Shown here: positions 1 through 11,698 of the stretch, piece after piece
Position numbering within the stretch: the first letter of the stretch is position 1
Layout: each line of letters opens with the position of its first letter
From: Lophium mytilinum
Lineage: Eukaryota
DNA: 64,000 nt
Direction: 5' to 3'
NCBI GenBank assembly: GCA_010093605.1
Contig: MU004184.1
Coordinates: forward strand, 630,801-694,800
Program-made: the position numbers and the translations under genes
Notes under the pieces: model-generated
Databases searched by the model: none
The model's input: the letters and a program-made list of their open reading frames with translations, nothing else
What the model was told of the DNA's origin: nothing

Positions 1-2546
1 ATGTTCCTGCATTAGCTGACAAGCAGATTTGTGGACTGACCACAGTTTGTGCAGATGTGGGGTGCTCCCTCTGCTGCCATTGGCTCTGTTCGACAAGCGT
101 GCGTCTGTCTCTGGTCGCCCAGTCGGTCGGCCTCGGCGTTGTTCTTCTGGAACCTTGGAAGGTCGCAGGCTTGCTCACGGACTCGCTCGCCAGCCGGGGA
201 ATGGGATGCGTGGGCGTAACGCAGACTGTGCAGAGGCCCTTGACGGCGGCGTGCATTGATGAAGCGCCAGTGCGCTTCATTTTATCATTTTATGAATCGT
301 GTCCTCGAGGCAAAAGCGGCGAGACGCCAGGCCCGAAAGGAGCGTGCTAGCCGGTCTCAGGATGCAATGCAGCTGGGTGTGGTCGCCACTGTTGCCTCTG
401 CCGCCCAAAATAGCAACGCGGGATGGTTATGTCGGCCTGCATGGACGGTGGAACATAACTCCCAACACGGTGCACAGCGAGCGACGACGTTGTGGTGCCA
501 CACCAGACCCGTTCTCAGGCCTCGTGCTGACGGGAGCGATAAATCAATCACTGCCGCCGTATCGATAGAGCGATACACACCCGACCCGCCTTTTCGAGCC
601 TCCATGTCCGCCGTGCGGTCTGGAGAGTGCTTCATGGCGAGGAGAAGTTGAAACACTCGCTTCCATGTCTCGAGCTGAACCACGGTCGACGGGAAACATA
701 TGACCACTCACGACTGTCTCTCCCCCACCATAAAGAACTTGTCATCGCCGCTGCGTCTCACCATCCATGCGGTCGACAGAGCGGTCGCCCATGACATCGT
801 TCCCCACATGAAGCAGAGGCGAGTCGCCGGCCGAGCAAATCACCAGCGTGCCCCGAGGGCGCCTCGCTTCTTGGGAGAGTCTTGAAGAGCAGTTCCTGCA
901 TCTCATGCAGGTCTCGTTGATCGCACCACGCCGCCACTGCTGCAGGATCACCGCCGACGCACGAGACTGAGCTGACTTGCGAGCCGGCGTGTCGAGTCTC
1001 GCCATGTCGCCCACTCACGGCCTCCGAGACGGTCTGCGAATGAGAATGCCGCAGGCCGGAGGATTCCCATTCGCTGAGGCGTGGGCGAAAGGTGAGTCTT
1101 GGGGAGTGATTGAGTGTGACAGCCACCTGCACTTAGCAACGGCAGCGCGATACGGCGGGCCAGAGGCCTATCGATACCCATCCCACATGCCCACACACAC
1201 ACCCACATGCGCGCGGGTTTTCTCAAGAAGAAAAGTCTCACAGTGGCCACCGTCGGGCCGCCACACAGGGACCGGGCCTGTCCTGTTGACGGCAACATAT
1301 CGATTGTCCAATAATCTGGGGCGCTGGGAAGATGCCAGGAGGGCTGTATCGCACCGTCATAGGCTGATGCGGAGCTGGACCCGGCAGCCGTTGGCACAGG
1401 CTGAATGGCGAGGCAGCGAGCTGCTCCCGCTTCCGCACGAGGGACGCTCTGTATCACACATTACGGCGCCCAGGCCGTGTGGTTGGCTTGCAGAACTGCC
1501 CAAACGAAGTGCACGACGGCCAGTGCAGCCAGCGATTCGTTGCGTGCAGGCAGCACACGGCGGTGGACTGGAGGGCAGCGGGCCTGTGGCAGCGGCCGAG
1601 GGCGTGAAACCACGCCGGGATGCAGCGTCACCTCTTGCTCGCAACCCACAGCGCTAGCCCGCGGCGACCAGTTGTGCAGAGGCACTAGAGTTTCATGGAG
1701 TTGTGCGTGTCCCGAAGGGTGCGAAGGGTGTATCGGTGGTGAGAGACGTGCAGGCTTGGCCTAAAGTTAGAGCACAAAGTAATGCCGCGTGGACGGCCTT
1801 GCCGCTTTACAGGCGAAGCTGAAGCCAGTCGGGGCGTCGACGACTCGCGCGATAGTCTGGCGCAGGGGTCGTATGCAGGCAGAGTGCTGCGCCTTTCGCC
1901 GTTCCCGAGGGCCCTCCCACCGCCGTAGTTTAAGCCAATTCCCGCGCTGTTGCTCAGGCACAGGTCATCTTTACTTCTTTCGAATGTGCCACTAGCTTAA
2001 TCGTTGTCTCGTCTCTCGCTGATCTGGGCTTTTACTTATCCCGCCCGTGTCCCATCACTCGTTCCATTTCCTTGCTCCAGGTTTATCAACCGTCGTCACT
2101 CGTCTTTCTCTTTCCCCATCTACTCTTTTTGTGCTTCATCTTCTCTTTTGGATATCTCTCGTGCTGTTCTTTGTGCAACAGCTTCGACAGTATCCGGCCC
2201 TTCCTTAGCCTCCAACCGAGCGCCCATGATCCTCGAATCCTCTCAGTAAATACCTAGTAGACAGCATCGATTCGTCCTTGCTGTTGTCCTGTCGCTCACT
2301 GCAGCCTTTCCACTTGTATCCGTCCTCCCGTCCAGCTACTCGGTCTGCTATACCGCCTGTAACCTTAATTCAAACTCGAAACCTTTCCGATCTCGCTCTC
2401 GAACGCCTTCGGAGTCACATCGAACCACTGTAGATTACTACTAACCACCTGTCTCAACAACGAAACTGTGAGTGATCTGGATCATCGACGTCGTGCGTGG
2501 AATGCTGGTGCTGACATTCCGATCAAGAACACCAACATCATACGCA

Positions 2547-4433
2547 ATGGACGGCACATACCCAATGCACCCTTCGCAGGCCATGAGCCAGTCGCCATTC
2601 TTCTATTATAACCCGGATCCGAGTCCAGAGACCCGTCAGCACGGCCATTTCACCCCACACCCGAACGGCCTGCCAAACACACCTTACCAGCAGTGCCACG
2701 ACGGCTACTACCAGCCCAACATGGTCTTCACGCGCCCATCGTCATCGGATTCGCAGAACTCCTATGCTCAGAGGACTGCATACGTTCCTCAGTCGCTCAT
2801 AACACCCGTAGCATCGCCTCAGCCAATGTACCAGAAGCCCACGATTCTGATCCAGCAAGACTCGCCGTACCTGCATCCCTTGGACACCAACTTCTCGGAC
2901 ATGCGCTTCGCACCTGCAACACCACCATTGTCGTCGTCTGGCAGTGCCATCAGCAGCCCGCCATCGACTTGCGACATTCTGCCGACGCCGGTCAACGGCA
3001 CGTTCTTCCAGAGTGAGGGCCTAGAGGGTGTGAAGATGGGATGTGAGGAGGAGGTTTTCTCCGAGATCCTTGCGGGTGGTGACTGGACCCGATCTGCCTC
3101 GCCGCCAATGACACCAGGTGTGTATTTTTAATATCCACATTAGTTTTCGACCGCATTGTAGCCCGTGGGCGTGTTTGATGCGTCGACCACGGGTGCGGTG
3201 GAGTTTGTGGCTATTTGTTTGTGGTTCGTTTGCTGATTCGACCCAGTGTACCTGCAAAATCCGTCGGCCACGTGCGCGGGCCAAGGCTCCTATCTTCTAT
3301 CAGCCGCATCGTGCCCATCGCTCTCGCCTTCGCCATCACCAATCCCCCGATCCGCGTGCGACACCGAGAATAACTTCTGCGACCCCCGCAACCTCACCGT
3401 CTCGTCGAGTTCGGCTAACTTCGCCTGTCTGCCAACGCTCTGCTCCGGTGACGACGAAGAGCACAAGCTCATCCTTACGGGTGACTCCAAGCCATCGCCT
3501 AACGAGCTAGCCGCATCGTCAAGCTTCGCCGATCTCTCCACCGGCCTGCCCACTTTTGAGCCTCTCTTCGAGCTCGACTCTGAAGACGACTTCACCGGTC
3601 TCGTGCAGTTCCCGGCCTCGGAGAACGTTCACTTCCACAGCAACAAGCGCCAGCGCACCGAGCTACTCCCGCTCCCCGAAGACGACGGCCTAGTGAGCGA
3701 AGCTAGTTTCACCGATTTCGAGGACGACTTCGCTGTCAGCGGCCTGCTCACTCCCTGTGACACCGACTCTTTCTCCTCCGACGAGATGACGCTGAACGCT
3801 GCCAACCACAGGCACATGAAGTATGACGACGACGAGGATAGCGAGTCTGAGTCGGATTACCAGGGCGATGCGCATACGTCCCATGGCAACGGCACCAAGT
3901 CGCAGTCTGGGTCTGGCCAGCAACAATCTTCCGGCCAGGGCAGCTCTGAGAACGCCATCGCTTCCAGCTCCGACGACGGTGCCCGCACTCCCCCCACTTC
4001 GGCCCCTACTAGCCGACGTGGTCGCAAGCAGTCGTTGACCGAAGACCCATCCAAGACTTTCGTATGCACTCTCTGCTCGCGTCGCTTCCGCCGTCAGGAA
4101 CACCTTAAGCGTCACTACCGATCGCTCCACACTCACGACAAGCCCTTCGAGTGCACCGACTGCGGCAAGAAGTTCTCTCGCAGTGACAACCTCTCCCAGC
4201 ATCAACGCACTCACGGCACTGGCGCAGTCGTCATGGGTGTACTGGATGACGCAGAGCTACGCAGGCAGAAGGAAGAGTCGTATGACAGCCAAGATCCCGG
4301 CATGCTCGGAGCCATCCTGTACAGCGCGGCCGCTGCCGTGTCGAGTAGCAGTGGCTCGGAGTCCTATTCTGATATGGATCGTAGCCCCTCGGGCTCTGAC
4401 AAGAAGTACCGCAAGAGGAAGCGGGATGAGTAG
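2547..4433 (+). CDS. seb1: Seb1/Msn2-like C2H2 zinc-finger stress-response transcription factor
   Basis: Exons 2547-3117 and 3247-4433 (GT..AG intron 3118-3246 with branch GCTGAT). Two C2H2 fingers [52 protein letters not shown], preceded by [13 protein letters not shown]-terminal [15 protein letters not shown] motif typical of Pezizomycotina Seb1/SebA. Probable 5'UTR intron 2468-2527. Confidence 0.9.
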
Positions 4434-5363
4434 ATGAACTTCAGGTTCACTTGTGTAAAACTTCTCCTTTCTCTCGAACAGACGATGGTCTCGCATGACC
4501 TTGTCTTGGTTCTTTTTTACGATCAAACATGAACTATTCTCCCTCGATGGAGATTCTAATGTCAGGCGATCTTCGTCTACTTGATGTCGTAACGTTGGGG
4601 CGGCAAAGGTAGAGGGGTTAAATTGGTTGGCGGTGGGAATCACCGGCGCGGAGTATCCCTTTTCTCGAAAAAGTCCCTCACTTCACTACCCTTTCTTTGT
4701 GTATCTTACTTGCGCTTTTGCTCTTTCTGCTTCGCACATCTCGCATCAGCGTCTTGTGGGCATTTGTGCATGTGTTTGAATAATTCCAGCGTTGCTTTTG
4801 GTGTTGCTTTTGCAGGACGGCATATGGAGGGAATGGGGGTGACATGGAAGGGGTAGAATTTGGTGTTTATCGTGCTGGAATTATTTGGGTCTTGACATAG
4901 CTTCGCGTCGGCGGCTCGTCAATTCGCTTTGCCTTCCTACTTTCGTTGTAATTCTGCTGCGGATTATGGGCTTTGCCTTTTCAAGCCGCGAGCTGCAATT
5001 CTGGCAATTTTCTCTTCAAACTCCTGTATTTCTTCTTTTTTGCTCTGTCTGCTTTGATGTGGTTTAGTGTGCTGGCACATTGCATCATCTTTGAACTTAT
5101 TAGTTCGATACAAAATTGCGTAACACTATAATCATCAATGGCCTTTATCATCCTGCTTAATATGTATGCCCGTGTACTCACGTGAATGCTGCCTTTCCAA
5201 ATCTTCCCTCATCTCACACGTCTTCTCTTTTTTCAAGACTGTCTTTGCAACTGTGTCCCGTTGCCAACTGCTGCTTGAAATCCTTTCCATTATCGCGTTA
5301 CTTGGGAATTGGATGGCCAGGAGAGCATATAATGCGCAGAGTCCGCAGAAGTCGAATCATATA

Positions 5364-7058
5364 TTAGATTAAGGTGATTTGTGACGTGCTGCATTCACCT
5401 TTCTCGACTCCATCCAGTATGAATCCGCTCATCAAGTCCACTAACGTGGGTACCTCAGTTTCTGAGCTCCTAGACACGAGAGTCCCCCTCGCTTCACAAA
5501 CGAGGATGTGATCGGATCCCGCTGGTCTCAAAATGTATGGCGACCGGGCACCGTAAACAACCCATATTTGATCACCAAGATTGACTGGTTTCGTGAGGCC
5601 ACTTTTAGCGAAAGTTTTTCCTTCCGGAAGGACTTTCCGCTCGTCATGATCAACAGACTCCCACTGATGATCTAGCCAATCAGTAGACGCCAAAGTGTGG
5701 ACCAAAACACCCGTAACAACGAGCTTTACCCCGATCCCACTAGTATCGTCAAGGAATGCCGCGTTTGCTCGAGTATCCTTGGAAGCACTTTGCTCGTGTT
5801 TCCGAAGCGTGATCATTTCTGCCTCGACGAAACTCGTGGTGCCCGCCCAGTCGACAACCCAAGAAGGAATCTGACTATGATGCGGTCTGTGGCCGAGTGT
5901 TGCATACAACAGCACGTCCAAGCGATTTTCATATACTATGATTTTCCGAGTCGTGTCTGCCAAAACATCCGCAAATGTTGTTTGTGGGCTGTAATCCGGC
6001 TCTATCATGTATTTCGGATCGGCAAGTCCTAGGAACGCGTAGATGCGATCTCTAGGATCGGAGCTGCTGCAGGAGCGTGCATGATTAAGCAAGTCCTTCA
6101 AATCAGCTGTTCCAGACCATTCTGCTTTACTCTTCACGAAGAATAATGCTGAAGAAACCGCTTTTTGGGTGTCTTCAGAAGATGCAATTTCTTGGATGCC
6201 AGGAACCATGCGTACAAATTCATCCCACAGATTTACCATTTCCGGGATCTGTCTTGTTGAGAATAGGAATTCGAAGATGGTGGAGAGGATGCTCCAGGAG
6301 ATGGATTGGCGTCCACAAAGAAAGTGTGTGTGAGATGATACGATGAACTCCTGGTAAACCCAAGCCCTCCGGAACCACTCTGCGCGAATGAGGTTGAGGA
6401 AGCCGGGCAACCCCTCCTGGAAGTCGTCTCGCTTTGAAAGTTTGTCGAAATGCGTGAACAGTTGTTCTGCATCAAGCGGCAACTTCTTTGAGGCGTACTG
6501 CATACTGCAGTTTGACATCAAGTCATCGTGAAGCCGCTGTAACCAGTAAATTCCTGACCCAGTCGATGGGTCAGAAGACGGGCAAACGAAGACCTGCTCG
6601 GCATTATGGTATATGCTCTGCATGAATCCAACTTGGTGGGATCTCTCTTGGAAGTCGCTCTGGTTAATACATATCTGGTCTACCCACACAAGTAAATCTT
6701 CATCAGCGTGGTTCTCGACCCAGAAGTGGCAGACCTCGTCAAGAGCCTCGCCCAAGTTTGCAAAGATATTGAACGGGATGCCATTGACTGTGATTACCCG
6801 GGTTCTGTGAGGGTCGCCGGCACAGTATGAGATCGCAGAGTATTTGCCTTGGGCTTCCGCTAGTGGAATGCAGTCGAGGAGTTCAACTTCCCTCAACACG
6901 CTTCTGCTATCAGGGAGGAGTCTGAGGAGACGAATTTCCTGCTGATGTCGTTCTAGATGGTGATATTTGAAGCTTGAGTAAAATTCGCCATTGGCTGGGG
7001 TATAGAAGTTGTCGAAAGCCAGAACCGTGTCCACAGATTGGTGAGCATTATTACTCAT
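5364..7058 (-). CDS. Heterokaryon incompatibility (HET domain, HET-6-like) protein
   Basis: Intronless ORF of about 564 aa with HET motifs EIRLLRL, YSAISYCAG, WVDQICINQ.D..ERSHQV..M..IY..A..V, WFRRAWVYQE, SSDPRDRIYAFLGL and PSWVVDW. Confidence 0.9.
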   Translation of the reverse strand: MSNNAHQSVDTVLAFDNFYTPANGEFYSSFKYHHLERHQQEIRLLRLLPDSRSVLREVELLDCIPLAEAQGKYSAISYCAGDPHRTRVITVNGIPFNIFANLGEALDEVCHFWVENHADEDLLVWVDQICINQSDFQERSHQVGFMQSIYHNAEQVFVCPSSDPSTGSGIYWLQRLHDDLMSNCSMQYASKKLPLDAEQLFTHFDKLSKRDDFQEGLPGFLNLIRAEWFRRAWVYQEFIVSSHTHFLCGRQSISWSILSTIFEFLFSTRQIPEMVNLWDEFVRMVPGIQEIASSEDTQKAVSSALFFVKSKAEWSGTADLKDLLNHARSCSSSDPRDRIYAFLGLADPKYMIEPDYSPQTTFADVLADTTRKIIVYENRLDVLLYATLGHRPHHSQIPSWVVDWAGTTSFVEAEMITLRKHEQSASKDTRANAAFLDDTSGIGVKLVVTGVLVHTLASTDWLDHQWESVDHDERKVLPEGKTFAKSGLTKPVNLGDQIWVVYGARSPYILRPAGSDHILVCEARGTLVSRSSETEVPTLVDLMSGFILDGVEKGECSTSQITLI

Positions 7059-7569
7059 GATCAGGGCGATCAACACGATCGGGAAAGACCTGGCTAAGAT
7101 TGTAGTCGAGTGTTTGCTGCGCTAGGCACCAGTTTCTTAGCGTGGCACGTCGTTAAGCTAAGGATGGATGGGATGATGGGCCGAAGCTGTATAGACACTA
7201 GAGTATAGTAGCTAGGCTGCGTAGCAGGTAACTAGGAGCCGAACGGCTTGCTTAGATGAGCACGTGACAAAATGATAAATTCAACACCTAGATATCTCAA
7301 CCTGAGCGCAAACATAGTATTCCTCTCACTAACGTACTAGCATTAACACTAATATATTACTGCACCCAACGCCATTCCATTCTGCAAAAGCCTTCGTCTA
7401 ATACTAGTTTTAACAAGAAAACGGCATCTCTTCCTCCACCGAAAACTTTTCCCCTTCAGCTAACCAACATCCCAACCCACAACTCCCCATCTCAAAAGAA
7501 AACCCAAAATCTACTCAAACTTCCCCAATTTCTTTTAAAACAATCCCTCAATTACCCACCAACCATGCA

Positions 7570-10182
7570 ATGCCAGGCCTAAAAGTCATCGCCCTAATCT
7601 CCGGAGGAAAAGACTCCCTCTACTCCATCCTCCACTGCCTTGCCAACGGCCACTCCATCATCGCCCTCGCAAACCTCTACCCGGCCCCACCAGCAAACGC
7701 AGACATAGAGAACAGCCCTGAAGATGACGACCTCGACAGCTACATGTACCAAACCGTTGGCCACAGCGTCATCCCGCTGTACGCGCAGGCGCTCGCGCTG
7801 CCGCTCTACCGCCAACCGATCCTAGGAACAGCCGTCAATGTCGAAAAGGAGTACGCACCCGCACCAACGGTGCCTTCATTAGAGCAGGATGCCGGTACCG
7901 CTGAATCCGCAGCCCACGAAAAGGATGAGACAGAATCCCTCATCCCGCTGCTCAAGCGGATCCTGCAAGCGCACCCCTCCGCCAACGCCGTCTCCACCGG
8001 CGCGATCCTCAGCACGTACCAGCGCACGCGGGTGGAGTCGGTAGCAATACGGCTAGGGCTGGTCCCGCTGTCGTTTCTGTGGCAGTACAGGGCGCTGCCG
8101 CCGTACTCGCAGGCGGCGTTGCTGGAGGATATGGCGGCGGTGGGGCAGGAGGCAAGGATTGTGAAGGTGGCGTCGGGGGGGTTGGATGAGGGGTTTTTGT
8201 GGGAGGATGTAGCGGCGCCGAGGACGGTGGGGAGGTTGAAGAGGGTGATGGGGAGGTTTGGGGCGGCGGATGGGGCGGTGGTCGGGGAGGGGGGTGAGTT
8301 TGAGACGTTGGCGGTGGATGGGCCAAGGGCGTTGTGGAGGATGAGGATTGAGGTGGAGGTTGGCGGGACGGTTTTGGGGGGAGGGGGGAGTGCGGCTGTG
8401 AGGTTTAGGGGGGCGAGGGTGGTGGAGAAAGAGGGGGATGGGGACGGTGATGGGATGGAGCGGTTGAGGAGGCCGGGTTTGTTGGACGTGGAGTTCGAAA
8501 GCCTCTTCAAGAGCTCAGCAGGGGAGGAATCGATGCCCACTGCAAAAGCTTCTGTTCCGGTCCAAGAGCTATCGAATCTATCAATCGGCCAGCAAAAACT
8601 CCCAACCTGGGAGCTTGCGGAATCAGGAAATATTCTCTCGATATCGAACATGACCGCCCCTGAGGCAGATACCGACGCCAGCGCCCAGCTCTCATCCATC
8701 ATGGCTCGTCTCATGTCCTTGCTCCAAAGCTATGAATGCGAACCAGCCAGCGTTGTTTCCAGCACACTACTTCTCCGATCGATGTCGGACTTTACAGCCA
8801 TCAACCTAATATACGGTGCTCACTTCACGAAGCCAATACCCCCTTCCCGCGTAACTGTAGCCTGTGGTTCGTCTTTACCCGAGGGCATCGAAGTTGTTCT
8901 CTCAGTAATCATAAGCAAAAGCACCACAAGACGTGGACTACACGTACAAAGCCGATCCTACTGGGCCCCTGCCAATATTGGACCATACTCGCAGGCGGTA
9001 ACAGTACCGATTGACGGCCTACCAAAAGACGAGCAAGATGGCCCTATCTGGAACAGCCCACAGATTGTCTACCTAGCAGGACAAATCCCTCTCGTGCCAG
9101 CAACTATGGAAATCGTAAAAGCAGACACGGCGCAGGAAACCCAAGGGGGACTCGAGGGGTTCAAGATCCAAACCGTGCTAGCTCTGCAGCACCTATGGCG
9201 AATCGGCAGGGTCATGAACATAGGATGGTGGACGGGAGGAATCGCTTTCATATCGCACTGCAGCAGTGACGAAGGGGACAGACGGGCGAAGCTAGCGGCC
9301 GAAGCCTGGAGAGCTATTCATCTGAAGCTGAGACCGGATCTCACTAGCGAGGAAGAAGACGCAGAAGAGCAAGACAACGACCTCGATGTCTGGCATACGA
9401 AACACGGAGGTTTCAGCGGCGAAGAAGGCGTCGAGAAGGACCAGCGCCCGGCTTTACCGGACTACGAGCGAGTCAATGGCGGTGATGCAGCGGCGATACC
9501 GCCGTGTTTCACAGTGCAGGTTCAGGAGCTGCCTCGCGCTGCTGATATCGAGTGGAGCAGTGTTGGTGTGGCGAAAGCGAGCGTGAGCGTCAAGCTGACC
9601 GCTGGCACACCGAGTCTGCATCTCACTAGGGTTCCCGACACGAGTTCCAGCTTTGTCTTCGTAGGCATTGAGGATGTGGAGGACTTGCTGGGCCTTGATA
9701 AGGCTATCAGAGAGGCTCATGATTGGGAGGTCGTCTCTTGGACCCTACAGACACATGATGATACTCCTCAAGCTGCTTTCGAGGACTTGATTGGCGGTTT
9801 CCCGGATGGCGGGACTGGCTCGCAGCCGCTTCACGTAGATAGGGGCGATCACTTTTACATCACGAAGATGACACGAGCGCGGGCAGTGGAAGTGTCAAAA
9901 AGTCCTATCGTTAAACACATGGCGGAGAACGAGAGAGAAGATGAGAGCGATGTTAGGGGCCGTATTTACTCCGAAGACGACACTGAGAAGATTCAAAGGC
10001 TGTCGGCTTCAGTGGAAAATCGGTACGTGGTTTACACCTCACAAGCCCTACCGACAGAGTGGCTGGAAGACATAGAGATCAAAAAGCAGATCGTCCCGTG
10101 TCAACGCGTATGGGATGAGAGTGGTCACCAGTTGGCAGCTGCAGTGGTAGTAAGGCGGAACACAGAAGTCCTAACGCACTAA
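7570..10182 (+). CDS. DPH6: Diphthine--ammonia ligase Dph6 with C-terminal RidA/YjgF-like domains
   Basis: N-terminal ALISGGKDS, DSYMYQTVG, GAILSTYQRTRVESV and GEGGEFETL motifs; RidA-like LHVQSRSYWAPANIGPYSQA and YLAGQIPLVP; single 870-aa exon. Confidence 0.93.
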   Translation: MPGLKVIALISGGKDSLYSILHCLANGHSIIALANLYPAPPANADIENSPEDDDLDSYMYQTVGHSVIPLYAQALALPLYRQPILGTAVNVEKEYAPAPTVPSLEQDAGTAESAAHEKDETESLIPLLKRILQAHPSANAVSTGAILSTYQRTRVESVAIRLGLVPLSFLWQYRALPPYSQAALLEDMAAVGQEARIVKVASGGLDEGFLWEDVAAPRTVGRLKRVMGRFGAADGAVVGEGGEFETLAVDGPRALWRMRIEVEVGGTVLGGGGSAAVRFRGARVVEKEGDGDGDGMERLRRPGLLDVEFESLFKSSAGEESMPTAKASVPVQELSNLSIGQQKLPTWELAESGNILSISNMTAPEADTDASAQLSSIMARLMSLLQSYECEPASVVSSTLLLRSMSDFTAINLIYGAHFTKPIPPSRVTVACGSSLPEGIEVVLSVIISKSTTRRGLHVQSRSYWAPANIGPYSQAVTVPIDGLPKDEQDGPIWNSPQIVYLAGQIPLVPATMEIVKADTAQETQGGLEGFKIQTVLALQHLWRIGRVMNIGWWTGGIAFISHCSSDEGDRRAKLAAEAWRAIHLKLRPDLTSEEEDAEEQDNDLDVWHTKHGGFSGEEGVEKDQRPALPDYERVNGGDAAAIPPCFTVQVQELPRAADIEWSSVGVAKASVSVKLTAGTPSLHLTRVPDTSSSFVFVGIEDVEDLLGLDKAIREAHDWEVVSWTLQTHDDTPQAAFEDLIGGFPDGGTGSQPLHVDRGDHFYITKMTRARAVEVSKSPIVKHMAENEREDESDVRGRIYSEDDTEKIQRLSASVENRYVVYTSQALPTEWLEDIEIKKQIVPCQRVWDESGHQLAAAVVVRRNTEVLTH

Positions 10183-10393
10183 GGCATGGACAGGAATCGT
10201 AGTTTTTCTGAGGACTTAAGACATGGTTCCCTCAACACGAAGAATTATCTAGCTACCAACATTAGGCCGAAAAAAAGGTGATATTCGACCAACCGGCATA
10301 TCCGCTAGCTTTAAGGAGTCTCGTGAACGCCGTCTGAAAATTACCCACTGAACGCCACATAATGCATGACTCATGTGTTGAGACCAAAGGAGT

Positions 10394-11434
10394 CTAGAAG
10401 CGCTCCTTCATCCGAGACGCTACGGTTCGTAGGTTTCCATACACCTGGGCCATGTTAAGATGGAAAATGTGAATGGTGGAGGAGAAACGTACCTTTCCTG
10501 GAGGTGCACCGAGGATGAGACTGACGATTGCTTCTCGTGCTAGTAATTACCATACAGTCAGTGAAAAGGCTCGAGGATGAATTTTTGGGACAAAGAGTAG
10601 AGGCCCATACCGATATGAATGTTCTTGAAGCCACCCAGAATATGTATTTTAGAGTCTGCTAGTACCACTCTCGTACGAGATGAGTTCTCAATTGCGAACT
10701 TGGTTTTGCCGTCCTATCAGAGACATGAGCGCTGTTCACGGGATACTCGGGGGTAAGTCAATTACCTTGCCAGCAATTCGGCCAATACATCTGCTCAGAT
10801 GTTCTCCCGTCACTGCTTCTTGTCAGCGGCACCCCAGGTGACTAAGTGCTAGGAGAACGTACATGTCTTCACATCCTTGATCTCAAACGTCTCGATATAC
10901 AGATCATCCAAACGCAATAATGCAATAGCATCGTCCACATCAAAGCCAAGGGTGAAGGCCTTGACAAAGTCTTCTCCCTTCTGAAGGGCCCCAGCCTGTG
11001 CCGACTTGGAGCTCCTCAGTTCCACGGCCTTCGATTTCATGTTCATTCTGACGGCGAGCTTCAGATGCTCAACTAGAGGAGGATACATCTTGGGCCACGC
11101 AGCCTTCAGGGGCGACATGCGGTGTGGGGGAATTGGGATTTTCCTCTGCTCTCTCCGGTATTTCATCTGGCTCTCGGCGGCGGGGGCGAACTGGGGACGT
11201 CCGTCGATGGTCATGGCGGCATCGGTGGGTTCATCTGAAGGCTCAAGAATTCCGATAGTATCGGAAGGAAGGGCATTTGTGTCTATGAGAGCAGTCTGTT
11301 CTTCTATCGCGGGGTTAGAGGGGTTACTGATGGTGGTGGAGGGGGAGGGTACCTAGAGCAGCAGGAGCTTCGGTCATAGTCTGGTCTTCTGCCAGGACCT
11401 CAGGGCTACCGAGAGGCGCGGTTGGAGCAGGCAT
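10394..11434 (-). CDS. PNO1: Pre-rRNA-processing protein Pno1/Dim2 (KH domains)
   Basis: Six exons: 11434-11353, 11303-10863, 10812-10766, 10713-10611, 10539-10493, 10444-10394, all introns GT-AG. The spliced product has RKIPIPPHRMSPLK, GFDVDDAIALLRLDDLYIETFEIKDVK, IGRIAGKDGKTKFAIEN and the C-terminus GKVYGNLRTVASRMKERF. Confidence 0.95.
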
Positions 11435-11698
11435 GATTCAAGAGGTTGAATGCAAACGTTGTTGTATAGGGAGTCTGCGAGGCGTAGCAGTGTGAAGGCG
11501 AGGTCGATATTGAACGCACGGCCGCAGCCCGCGAACAATTTCCATTCCAAAAGTAAAAGTTTGTGTTTCTGCCACCGCCTTCGCTTTTAACGATATCATG
11601 AATTCCGCCGCCAGTTGCGACATCAAGGAACCCTATACTCGCCTTAACTGCTCTGCATCCTCCTCCCGTCTGGAAGCCATGTTGGCCTCTCCGGTATC

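Noticed and set aside
29..2000. Overlapping ORFs up to 226 aa upstream of seb1
   Set aside because: Arg/Ala/Pro-rich, no domain or codon bias, no coherent splice model; typical GC-rich promoter DNA.
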